Part shown: positions 18,901 to 27,331 of the stretch, in pieces | Layout: every line of letters starts with the position of its first letter | Position numbering within the stretch: the stretch's first letter is position 1 | IMG/VR virus record: IMGVR_UViG_2548876809_000002 | Coordinates: 18,058 to 82,057 of that record | Reading direction: 5' to 3' (one strand) | Source: a virus | Lineage: Duplodnaviria; Caudoviricetes | Length of the DNA: 64,000 bases | Program-made: the position numbers and the translations under genes | Notes under the pieces: model-generated | Told to the model about the DNA's origin: nothing | Seen by the model: the letters and a program-made list of their open reading frames with translations, nothing else | The model's database searches: none

Positions 18901-19340
18901 CCGACACCGCCAAAGCCGCGCCGATGCGCGAGGAATTGATCCGAGCTATCAACAATTATGTTACCGCAGCCGGTGTACCTAAGACCGAGTTCGACGCTGA
19001 CTTTGCGGTCAAGATGATGTCCGCGATGATGGTCAGCTTTCACAAGTATGGCCGTGTTGCACAGGCATACCCGCTTAAGTTTTCGGCTAGCGATGATGTG
19101 CGGGCGCGGATGGCGAAATACCGCGCGACCGGCAACAAGCACTATCTGGTTGATGCCGCCAACTTCGCGATGATCGAAGCGATGCACCCAGGTCGCAAGG
19201 AAGGTGCTGAGTGGGCAGGCAACGACGCCGCCGACAGTCCCGGACGCACCACGGCGAGCGGTCATCGTCTCGTGCAAGAGGACAACGACGGCAACCGGAT
19301 CATGGGCGAGACGATCCTGCATCATCCGGGAGATTTGTGA
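18897..19340 (+). CDS. Phage hypothetical protein (147 aa)
   Basis: Coupled ORF; KYG...GNKHYLVDAANFAMIE motif. Confidence 0.7.
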   Translation: MTDTAKAAPMREELIRAINNYVTAAGVPKTEFDADFAVKMMSAMMVSFHKYGRVAQAYPLKFSASDDVRARMAKYRATGNKHYLVDAANFAMIEAMHPGRKEGAEWAGNDAADSPGRTTASGHRLVQEDNDGNRIMGETILHHPGDL

Positions 19341-20341
19341 TGACTGCCCCCGCCAAAGCCGCGCCGATGCGCGAGGATATTACGCGGGCTGATCGATTGG
19401 TAAAGCTGATATTTCCGGCGGCTGCCGCTGCTTGGGACAGAGAAATTCAAGCGAGCCTAGACAAAGGAATGTCCCGAGCAGGTGCAATCGATGATGCTTA
19501 CAATCGCACCAAGAGTTTTCGGTCTGAAGTAAATTGGATTGAGTGCTGCGACCGCGTCAGGAATGCCCTCGCCCACACCGCCCGCCCCGACGTCGATATA
19601 GCATGGCGGCTTGATCGCATTCGAGATGATGGCGGGCCGCTGACAGCTTCAGATAAGGCCTTTCTTGCCGAAGCGGCTAATTGCCTTCGCACCGCCCGCC
19701 CCGACGCCGGGCCGTGCGTCGCCGCACCGGATCATGCCGATATTCTCGAAACGATCGAGAACGCCGCCGATAACTGGCAGGCCAGCGGCTACACCAGCGC
19801 GCTTGCCGAAGTGCGTGACATGGCAAACGTTGGTCGATCACTGATGGAGGCATTGCCCACCGGCTATTGCTACATGGACAGCCCCGCCGAAATCGTCTGC
19901 GATCTGCAAAACAAGTTGGAAGAAGCGACCGCCCGCCCCGACGCCGGGGATGAGGATGTCGAGCGCATGGCGTTTCCTGACATCGGCCCTGATCCCATGA
20001 AGGGCGACCAAAGGACCACCGAGGAAGCCGTAGCGCGGGTACGCGAAGCCTATGTGAAACAGCAGGCGGGCGTGCCGGATCAAACCGCGCTTGTCTGGCG
20101 CTGGGATATCGGCGTGATCCTATCGGAAAACACGCGTCTCGCATCGCGCGCCGCCGCCCGCGATGGGGTGGGCCGGGGGATGGTCGAGCGGAACGAGCAG
20201 TTAGCGGCAGCCGTTGCCAAAATACTGCCAATCGGAAACCCTCGACTGCCGGGCGATCGCGTTGTGCCGATTTACGTCCGCATGGATGAGCTTCGGGCGC
20301 TGTGGGCTCTCTCTGCCTTGGACAAGGTCCAGCCCCAATGA
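19340..20341 (+). CDS. Modular (Ea22/ead-like) mosaic protein, 333 aa
   Basis: Segments separated by repeated TARPD(AG) linkers. Confidence 0.6.
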   Translation: MTAPAKAAPMREDITRADRLVKLIFPAAAAAWDREIQASLDKGMSRAGAIDDAYNRTKSFRSEVNWIECCDRVRNALAHTARPDVDIAWRLDRIRDDGGPLTASDKAFLAEAANCLRTARPDAGPCVAAPDHADILETIENAADNWQASGYTSALAEVRDMANVGRSLMEALPTGYCYMDSPAEIVCDLQNKLEEATARPDAGDEDVERMAFPDIGPDPMKGDQRTTEEAVARVREAYVKQQAGVPDQTALVWRWDIGVILSENTRLASRAAARDGVGRGMVERNEQLAAAVAKILPIGNPRLPGDRVVPIYVRMDELRALWALSALDKVQPQ

Positions 20342-20772
20342 GCATGAGCGCGAGCTTGAGCGATGCGCGACCACGCTACGCTGACGAGCACGATACGCTC
20401 GCCAGCCTCGCCGCGCACCTGCTCGGCGAGCGCGTCGCACGCTATCCCGCTGCCGTCGCAGCTGCGAAGCTCACACAGGCCGACGCCGACACCGGTATCC
20501 GCATCATGTCGGCGATAGCCGCAAGGTGGCGCGCGATTGCCGACCGCCAGCCCCTGCCCCCGACCTGCGCCTGTTGCGGCGGTGCAAGTCTACACGAGCA
20601 GCGCGATACGCTTGCAGCGGCAGCGGCACGTACCAGCCAGATCGCGGCCAAGGATCGCGGCAACGCCAATAAGGCGGACTATGCCGCCGCTGCCACCACG
20701 CTTCTGTGGCACGCCGAGCATGCTCTCGCTGCCGAAGCCAACTGCAGGAATGGCTATGCCGAAGCGGCCTGA
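20338..20772 (+). CDS. Hypothetical Ala-rich protein
   Basis: ATGA coupling. Confidence 0.55.
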   Translation: MSMSASLSDARPRYADEHDTLASLAAHLLGERVARYPAAVAAAKLTQADADTGIRIMSAIAARWRAIADRQPLPPTCACCGGASLHEQRDTLAAAAARTSQIAAKDRGNANKADYAAAATTLLWHAEHALAAEANCRNGYAEAA

Positions 20773-21187
20773 CTCCGCGCCAGGAGCAGCCTTGTTACAA
20801 GGCTGCTCTCAGAAGGGCCACAACCGCATGCCCGGACAACAGGCGGGGGACTGGACCGCTCGCCCCTGCCCTGAGTGCATGGGGCTTTTTGAACCGAAGG
20901 TCGTCAACCAGCTGTTCTGCAAGCCGGAGCATAACACGGCCTGGAACAACCGGGCGACCAAGCGTGGTCGCGTTCTCACGCCGCTGTCGATCGTCGCGCG
21001 GGTAACCCGCAATGGCACGCGAGGCACTCCGGAAGCGCGAGAGGCGGGCCGCGTGGCATCGTCGCAACACAACACGCTGATCCAGCGCTATCGCGACGAG
21101 GATCGCGCGGCCAACGACGGAAAGGGCCGGATGGAGTGGCCGGACTTTATGATCTTGCGGATCCGGCAGGGGTTCGACCCGCTATGA
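20750..21187 (+). CDS. Zinc-binding hypothetical protein (start uncertain)
   Basis: CPEC...FC-x2-EH; stop coupled to xis. Confidence 0.55.
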   Translation: MAMPKRPDSAPGAALLQGCSQKGHNRMPGQQAGDWTARPCPECMGLFEPKVVNQLFCKPEHNTAWNNRATKRGRVLTPLSIVARVTRNGTRGTPEAREAGRVASSQHNTLIQRYRDEDRAANDGKGRMEWPDFMILRIRQGFDPL

Positions 21188-21468
21188 CTCTGCTGACCCC
21201 CGAAGAGGCAGCCGCGCGGATCCACGTCTGCACGAAGACCTTGCGCCAGCTGCGACGTGACGGGCACATTCGCTATATCGCCATCTCCGATCGCGTGATT
21301 CGGTACCGGCCCGAAGATTGCGACGATTTCATTGAAGGCCGCGTTCGGAAAGCACCAGAATGTCAGTCTACAAGCCGAAAAACTCGCCGTACTTCCAATT
21401 CGACTTCGTCTGGAAAGGTCGTCGCTTTTTCGGAACGACAGGCTGCAAAAGCAAACGCGCAGCGCTAG
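21184..21468 (+). CDS. Excisionase-like HTH_17 protein
   Basis: LLTPEEAAARIHVCTKTLRQL winged HTH; overlaps int start. Confidence 0.75.
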   Translation: MTLLTPEEAAARIHVCTKTLRQLRRDGHIRYIAISDRVIRYRPEDCDDFIEGRVRKAPECQSTSRKTRRTSNSTSSGKVVAFSERQAAKANAQR

Positions 21469-22454
21469 CGCACGAGGAGATCGAGCGGGCCAAGGCGCGC
21501 AATGGCGGCAACCTACGACCGCCCATCACCCTCGACGAAGCCTGTGGGCTCTACCAAGACAAGGTCGAGGAGCTGCCCAGTTGGATAGATACCGAACGCC
21601 ATATGCGAATGCTTATGGCCGGCCTTGGCGGCGCGCATCTCTTGTCCGAAATCACTCAACGGGATCTCCTCGCACTCGTTGCGAAGCGTCGGGCGACGCT
21701 CGCCAACTCTTCCGTCAACCGTGAGATCGAGGACTGGCGCGCGATCTGGCGGTGGGCGGATAAGGCCCGTTACGACGTCGGCGAAATGCCCAACTGGGGC
21801 GCGCTGTTTCTCAAAGTCGCGAAGACCGATCCTCGTGAGTTGAGCGCTAACGAAGAGGACAAGCTCTTTGGCGAGATCCGACGTGACCTGTTCGACTTCT
21901 GCTCGTTCGCGCTGAAAACCGGGTGGCGGCTGAGCGAAGTGATCGGGCTGCGTTGGGTCGACCTGGACATGGCGAACGCGTCGGCCGTCACTCGGATCAA
22001 GGGGGGCGACATCGTCAAGCGACCGCTGACACAGGAGATGATCATCATCATCGCCAACCAGCCTCGCGTCGGTCTGATACCGAACGTGTTCACCTATGTC
22101 GCGGTGCGAACAAAGCCAGGGTTCACTGACGCCCTTGGACGCAAGCAACCAGTTCGGATCAAGGGGCAGCGTTACCCGATGACGGAAAGCGTGCTGCGGA
22201 AGCCCTGGGTGGCAGCCAAGGAAGCTGCCGGCATCGAGAACTTCCGCTTCCACGACTTGCGCCATACGCGTGGCACCAGGATCTTGCGCGCTACGGGCAA
22301 TCTCGCTGTCGCGAAAGAGGCGCTGAAGCACCGGTCGATCAAAACAACGCTGCGCTACGCGCATGCCACCGATGACGATGTTCGGCAGGCTTTGGATGCA
22401 AGCGAGTCCCGGACTATCCCCGAAGCCAAGCCGCAGCACCTGCGAAAAGCTTAA
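21360..22454 (+). CDS. Tyrosine integrase of prophage A
   Basis: TGWR, HDLRH, LKH and TTLRY catalytic motifs. Confidence 0.93.
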   Translation: MSVYKPKNSPYFQFDFVWKGRRFFGTTGCKSKRAALAHEEIERAKARNGGNLRPPITLDEACGLYQDKVEELPSWIDTERHMRMLMAGLGGAHLLSEITQRDLLALVAKRRATLANSSVNREIEDWRAIWRWADKARYDVGEMPNWGALFLKVAKTDPRELSANEEDKLFGEIRRDLFDFCSFALKTGWRLSEVIGLRWVDLDMANASAVTRIKGGDIVKRPLTQEMIIIIANQPRVGLIPNVFTYVAVRTKPGFTDALGRKQPVRIKGQRYPMTESVLRKPWVAAKEAAGIENFRFHDLRHTRGTRILRATGNLAVAKEALKHRSIKTTLRYAHATDDDVRQALDASESRTIPEAKPQHLRKA

Positions 22455-22488
22455 TTAGATCAAAGATTTAACTGGTCGTAGCTGTCAG

Positions 22489-22528
22489 CGGTGTAAACGA
22501 GACGCTCTACCAACTGAGCTAATCGCCC
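22489..22528 (-). pseudogene. 5' half of tRNA-Val(TAC), attachment-site remnant
   Basis: GGGCGATTAGCTCAGTTGGTAGAGCGTCTCGTTTACACCG gives acceptor 5' strand, D-arm and TAC anticodon loop, then diverges; no T-arm follows. Confidence 0.85.
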
Positions 22529-23775
22529 TCGCTCTCGCGAGACGCTAGGAAAGCTGCGGCTTCCGGACTGTCTCGCCGCATAACGACGGTCTGTCCATTT
22601 CCCACTTTGGCCCGCACATGGCCCGCATCCCAAACATCGGCTGCGGCCATGACCTCGCGAAACATCGTGGTCAGCACTCCTTGCGCGTTGGCGAGATAGT
22701 CCGGATCATATTTCGCGTAAACCCCCGTCGTCTTTTTCAGGACGCGGTGGCCGAGCAGCGTCTCGATCTCGTCAGTGGGCACGCGGTTAGTGCGCAGGTA
22801 GGTCGCGACCGTGTGCCGAATCGTCTTGGCGACAACCTCGTCGCCCAGCCCGAGCGCGCGCCGCAGCGTTCGCCACGCCGTCCGTTTGGAATGGACGCGC
22901 GCGCTGTTCGACGCGCGCCAGGCGCGCAGGATGGCGGCCATATCCTCGATCGCCGGCAGGATCGGATTGACCTTCTTCGTGCGCTGCCAGTGTGCCGGAT
23001 GCAGGTCGACCAGCTTGCGCCCCTCGTCCCATTGCGTGCGCGGGTCGAACTGGCTCGCAGCTTCCGGCCGCGCCGCGGTGGACAGGATCAGCAGGACGAA
23101 GCGCAGCATCTCGATGTCGCCTCGCGCGAACCCGACGATCGCGCCCAACTCTTCCATCGACAGAACGCGGTCCTTCGCCTGCGACCGGTACTGGTCGGGC
23201 ACAGCGGGCACCTTTGGCGCATACGGGATTCGGCCATTGTCGGCATGATGCGTCAGCGCGGCGCGGATGTCGTCGAGGTTGCGCTGGACGCTTTCGCCGC
23301 GGACGCCCTTCGCAGAGGTGTGCTTGTAATCCTTCCCGCCCCACGGGACGTCGTAGCTATGCGGGCCCATGCGCCAGACGCGGAAGCGGACGAATAGGTT
23401 CGGCGTGATGTCGGCGACGGCCAGATCAAGCCCGGTGTCGGGATCCTGATCGAGGAAACCGATGAAGCACCGCAACGAGCTCGCGATCTGCGCGGGCGAC
23501 ACGACGCTCTTGCCGTGCTCCTCCCAGTACAGGAACAGCAGCGGAATCACCTTTGCCTCGGTGGGATGCTGCGCGCCGCGCGCGCGGGCACTCTCGAAGT
23601 GCGCGGTGATCTTGCCCTTGGCGTCCGCTAGGCTCCGGCACCGAGTGCTGCGATAGCTGATCGATCGAGTTTCGGCGTTGTAGCTGGCGATTTGCCAGAC
23701 GTCGGGCGACTTGCCGTCGCGCCGCTTGTCGAGCCAGAAATCGCCGACGATGTAGGGTGATGTTTCGCGGCCCAT
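22519..23775 (-). CDS. Tyrosine integrase of prophage B
   Basis: TAAR, KTIRH, LLGH and TTGVY motifs; stop codon lies inside the tRNA fragment. Confidence 0.85.
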   Translation of the reverse strand: MGRETSPYIVGDFWLDKRRDGKSPDVWQIASYNAETRSISYRSTRCRSLADAKGKITAHFESARARGAQHPTEAKVIPLLFLYWEEHGKSVVSPAQIASSLRCFIGFLDQDPDTGLDLAVADITPNLFVRFRVWRMGPHSYDVPWGGKDYKHTSAKGVRGESVQRNLDDIRAALTHHADNGRIPYAPKVPAVPDQYRSQAKDRVLSMEELGAIVGFARGDIEMLRFVLLILSTAARPEAASQFDPRTQWDEGRKLVDLHPAHWQRTKKVNPILPAIEDMAAILRAWRASNSARVHSKRTAWRTLRRALGLGDEVVAKTIRHTVATYLRTNRVPTDEIETLLGHRVLKKTTGVYAKYDPDYLANAQGVLTTMFREVMAAADVWDAGHVRAKVGNGQTVVMRRDSPEAAAFLASRESEGD

Positions 23776-23927
23776 GTGGCCTTAAGCTCCTCGGTTTCAG
23801 CACGTTGAAGGGAATCGAGCGCGCCGACCTCGACCAGCGCGCGAAGCTCGTCCAGGCTGAAGGACGTGCCAGTTTCGTTGCGCAAAGCGCGTTTGAACTT
23901 CTTCGCCAGAGTGGTGATGTCGCTCAT
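23628..23927 (-). CDS. Putative excisionase/small protein overlapping int
   Basis: Same overlap geometry as xis-int of prophage A. Confidence 0.55.
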   Translation of the reverse strand: MSDITTLAKKFKRALRNETGTSFSLDELRALVEVGALDSLQRAETEELKATWAAKHHPTSSAISGSTSGATASRPTSGKSPATTPKLDRSAIAALGAGA

Positions 23928-24451
23928 AGCGCACTCCAAGGTTGAGGGATGATGTCGTGCCCCACGTAGAGCGGGTGCTTCGGCGTTCCGTCGGCGTTGA
24001 TCTGGAAGGCGGTGACGCGGGCGCCGGCGGCGGCGAGCAGCCCCAGCACGGCGCGCCCGCGGTCGAGGTGCCGCCCATGCGCGCCCCAAGCTGCGACCAG
24101 CGCCACCTTGCGTTCGATCGAGATCAGCGCCGCCAGACGGATCGCTTCGTCGTTCTCCGGTCCGATCGGCTCGGGATGCAGCTTCATCACGCGCGGATCG
24201 GTGGCGCGTAGGGCAAACAGATTGACGACCACCACGCCCCCATACGCCCAGGCGCGCGCGCGCTTGGCGAGACCAGCGATCGTCGGATCGAGCTTCTCGT
24301 GTGTCGCGGTCGACGGGTTCAGCATGCAGACGACGAGCGGCGGCAGCGCGCGGTCCCAGATCCACGACAGGCTGTAGCGATGGGCCTCGTCGTCGGAGAA
24401 GGTGGCGGTGCACTTCATGCCGGAGAGGTCGCTGCGTGATAGGGTCTTCAT
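23924..24451 (-). CDS. DUF1643 family protein
   Basis: MLNPSTA...DPT...NLFALRATDP...AAWG motifs. Confidence 0.8.
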   Translation of the reverse strand: MKTLSRSDLSGMKCTATFSDDEAHRYSLSWIWDRALPPLVVCMLNPSTATHEKLDPTIAGLAKRARAWAYGGVVVVNLFALRATDPRVMKLHPEPIGPENDEAIRLAALISIERKVALVAAWGAHGRHLDRGRAVLGLLAAAGARVTAFQINADGTPKHPLYVGHDIIPQPWSAL

Positions 24452-24728
24452 CGTTCCCCGTCCCGCTTGACGACGACGCCGGGCCGAACGAATTTCAGAT
24501 CCTCGGTGATCGTGACGATCGCTTTGGTGCCGGTCTTGTAAGGTGGTGACCCGGCGGTCTCGTCCTCGAATCGCACGTCAACGTTACTCCGGGACCTTTC
24601 GCGCTCGTTGGCGCTCGAGCGCCTATTTGCAGGCAGACGGCATCTGCGATCAAACGCTCGAGCTCTTTGCTATCCAAGACTGCGTGGTGTTTCCGGACGT
24701 GAGTCTCGGTGGTGACGACGTCTTTCAT
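24448..24728 (-). pseudogene. Frameshifted hypothetical gene
   Basis: 281 nt between two ATGA couplings; adding 1 nt near 24580 gives a single 93-aa ORF. Confidence 0.55.
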
Positions 24729-24988
24729 TGCTGCTCGGGCTCCTCGTCCCAATGCTTGTTCAGGATATCGACGACGCGGCGGGCGATCGCTTCCGGCTCG
24801 TTTGCGTATGCCGAGACAATCAGGACCGGGAAGTTCAGGCTATGGCTGGTGCTGCCGCTCTCGTTCCGGACCGGCGCGCTCTGGTAGAGCACCGCCCAGG
24901 CCGTTCGGTCTGCCGAGTCGAGGTTACGCAGGTAGGCAGTCTGATCGGCAGACCAGCACAAGTGGTCCTTGCTTACGGCGGCGGTCAT
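24725..24988 (-). CDS. Hypothetical protein (87 aa)
   Basis: Coupled ORF. Confidence 0.6.
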   Translation of the reverse strand: MTAAVSKDHLCWSADQTAYLRNLDSADRTAWAVLYQSAPVRNESGSTSHSLNFPVLIVSAYANEPEAIARRVVDILNKHWDEEPEQQ

Positions 24989-25278
24989 TGGATGCCAGCT
25001 CCTACTACCGGCTCATCCTTGCCGACGAAGGTGGCACTCACATCGCTAGCGACTGAGGTGCCGGTCGAGATCCGCGTCAGGATAGCGAACAGCCGGTCCA
25101 TTTCGTGCTGTCCGACGATGAACGAATCCTCTGCGGTGTCCGGATGGCTGATCACGATGCTTACCTCGCAATCGGCACCGGCACGCTCTGCGAGCTCGCG
25201 AAGGAAGTCGATCGCAGTTGCCGACGCCATCTTGAGCTCGTCGAGCAGGTTCTGGTTTGCTGTCGCCATGTCGCTCAT
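24985..25278 (-). CDS. Hypothetical protein (97 aa)
   Basis: Coupled ORF. Confidence 0.55.
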   Translation of the reverse strand: MSDMATANQNLLDELKMASATAIDFLRELAERAGADCEVSIVISHPDTAEDSFIVGQHEMDRLFAILTRISTGTSVASDVSATFVGKDEPVVGAGIQ

Positions 25279-25736
25279 CGGATTACCTTCCCGGCATCGT
25301 TCGCGCCCGACCGAGGCTCGCTCTCCCACAATCCAGGCGGATCGAAGCGGTTGAAGCCTTTCGCGGACTGCTCGGTAGGCAGACGATGAGGCAACCCGAC
25401 CTTCTCCGATGTCGCATTAAATTTTGCGGCGGTGGCTTGGGCCAGATCGATCCCATAATATGCGGCCAGCTTGTCGAGGCAGACAACGACGTCGCCGATC
25501 TCTTCCGCAAGGTCCGCGACGGTGGCGCGCGAACCCCGCCAGCTCTGCGCTTCCCGGTGCAGCTTTTTGACGACGTTCAGCACCTCGCCGACCTCTCCTC
25601 CAAGCTCGGTGGCGTGGAACAGGCCGCAAGGTAGCTCAGTCTCGCTGCACCACGTCGCCATCCGGTCCGCAGCGACGCGACGCAGCTGGGTCAGAAAGTC
25701 CTCGCGCATCGGCGCGGCGGTGGGGGTGTCGTTCAT
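25275..25736 (-). CDS. MazG-like nucleotide pyrophosphohydrolase
   Basis: ELGGEVGEV...LAEEIGDV...GIDL...KFN acidic EXXE/EXXD pattern. Confidence 0.8.
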   Translation of the reverse strand: MNDTPTAAPMREDFLTQLRRVAADRMATWCSETELPCGLFHATELGGEVGEVLNVVKKLHREAQSWRGSRATVADLAEEIGDVVVCLDKLAAYYGIDLAQATAAKFNATSEKVGLPHRLPTEQSAKGFNRFDPPGLWESEPRSGANDAGKVIR

Positions 25737-25741
25737 CGGTG

Positions 25742-26980
25742 TCAGGCTCCCACAAGGTCGCGAAAGAGGATCGGCTGTTCGCTGCCGTCGGCGAAGACGC
25801 TGTCGAGCCAGGCAGCGGCGCTGGGTTCGTCGCCGCCCCATTTATCGGGATAGGTGCGCTCGGCGATGAGACGGCGGATAAGCGCCTCCTCTTCAGCGTT
25901 GATCAGATCGATGCCGCGTTCCGGCGTGCCGGCTGCGACCGCGCCGGCGCAGACACGGCGCTGAATATCAAGAATCTGCTCAAGGGCAGCGCTCCGCGCT
26001 TCCAGCGTCAACGGTCCCATGCGTTGCGGGTTCTTCGCGATCGATCCGTCTTTTAGCCGTTCGACACCGGACTTGCGGTGTCGCTGCGCGGGCAGTCGCA
26101 TCCAGCGATAGATCGGCCGCAACTCGAGCAGCGGCGTCAGGTGGGTCCACCCCGGCGTCGCGACGATGACTGCAAGCGCCGTATCTTCGGCGGCGAGTGG
26201 GCAACCGGTGCAGCCCGTACGAGCGTTGACCTCGACGGCGTCGTCACCGCCATAGGCATCCGCCAAGATCGCGGTGGGCCAGCCCCCGAATTCATCGCGC
26301 GGTGCGTAGACCTTTAGCCAATCCCAGACGATGCAAACGCCCCAGTGCAGGATCGGCGCGAGCGTTGCGATCCGACCGCGAATTCCTGGGGAGTTCGGCA
26401 GAACCTGTTGATACCAGCCCTGCCCGCACTCGGCACCGTCCTTCGAGCACGACATGCGGATGCGGCCATCGCGGACGGCGCTTTCGCCTTCACGTACGCC
26501 GGTGATCGTCAGCAGCGTACCCGGCAGGGATTTGAGCACCTCAGCCATGGCCGCGGCCATTGGATCGACCTTGATCTGGCGAGTGCACCAGCGCAGCGTG
26601 TTGTTGTTCGGCGGTGGGACGCCGCGCCCCAAGATGTACGGCATGAAGCGTTTCTCGATCGGCGCGCGGACGACGATCACCTTGATCCAGTTGCGCTCAC
26701 TCAGCTTGGCCATGATCATTTCCGCGGCGGCCTGAATGGGCGGAAGTTCCTGCCGAGTGTCGGCGTACAGCACGTAAAGGCATTCTGGCCGCGGCAGTTC
26801 ACCAGCGTCGATCAGATGGACGATCAGCGACAGGGTCGCGGTGCTATCCTTGCCGCCCGACCACGCGACCGCGACGTGTTCGTGCTGATCCCAGTAAGCA
26901 CGGAGAGACGCGAGGGTCATCTCGACCGCTTCCTCGTGCAGCATACGCGCGCCCCGCGCAAAGAGGTTGTCGACGGCCAT
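25742..26980 (-). CDS. PAPS-reductase family / DndC-like PP-loop protein
   Basis: WSGGKDS, DT..E.P, RWCT..IK..P, GVR..ES..R, PI..W and RTGC..C motifs. Confidence 0.85.
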   Translation of the reverse strand: MAVDNLFARGARMLHEEAVEMTLASLRAYWDQHEHVAVAWSGGKDSTATLSLIVHLIDAGELPRPECLYVLYADTRQELPPIQAAAEMIMAKLSERNWIKVIVVRAPIEKRFMPYILGRGVPPPNNNTLRWCTRQIKVDPMAAAMAEVLKSLPGTLLTITGVREGESAVRDGRIRMSCSKDGAECGQGWYQQVLPNSPGIRGRIATLAPILHWGVCIVWDWLKVYAPRDEFGGWPTAILADAYGGDDAVEVNARTGCTGCPLAAEDTALAVIVATPGWTHLTPLLELRPIYRWMRLPAQRHRKSGVERLKDGSIAKNPQRMGPLTLEARSAALEQILDIQRRVCAGAVAAGTPERGIDLINAEEEALIRRLIAERTYPDKWGGDEPSAAAWLDSVFADGSEQPILFRDLVGA

Positions 26981-26983
26981 TGT

Positions 26984-27331
26984 TCAGCCTTCACCATTGT
27001 TGAGGACGGCGGCACGTGAGGCGAGCCGGTGATAGACAGGGGTGGCGGGCGCACCGACGATGAGCCGGACAATCGCGGGATGGTGGAGCTTGCCGCCGGC
27101 ACCCATCCAAGTCAGGCGACCGTAGTGGATCCAGTCCTCGGGCAGCTCGGACGCGCCGAACCGCAGCAGCGGCTCGATGTCCTCCGGATGCTCGGCGAGG
27201 TAGGAGACGAAGCTCCCAGCCGTCTGCGTACCGCTGACGCCTGCGGCCTGCGCCAATGCTTCCGAGACCTCGGCGAGCCGCCTGATCACCGCGGCGGCGG
27301 CGGCGAAGTCCATCGTCGACAGGTCAGTCAT
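26984..27331 (-). CDS. Hypothetical protein (115 aa)
   Basis: ATGA coupling. Confidence 0.55.
   Translation of the reverse strand: MTDLSTMDFAAAAAVIRRLAEVSEALAQAAGVSGTQTAGSFVSYLAEHPEDIEPLLRFGASELPEDWIHYGRLTWMGAGGKLHHPAIVRLIVGAPATPVYHRLASRAAVLNNGEG

Larger units (their letters stand above)
1..22488. mobile_element. Prophage A, lambda-like siphovirus (left end beyond window)
   Basis: Contiguous tail-head-terminase-replication-immunity-xis-int order ending at the tRNA-Val fragment. Confidence 0.95.

Noticed and set aside
19577-19948. CRISPR array or integron attC array
   Set aside because: Repeats are 16-21 bp, in frame within an ORF, irregularly spaced and non-palindromic; no cas or intI genes
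22489-22528. Intact tRNA-Val gene
   Set aside because: Sequence diverges in the 3' anticodon stem; no T-arm or CCA seen nearby
25742-26980. Complete Dnd/Ssp phosphorothioation system or true sulfate-assimilation CysH
   Set aside because: No partner dnd, ssp or cys genes in the window; only the PP-loop enzyme is present
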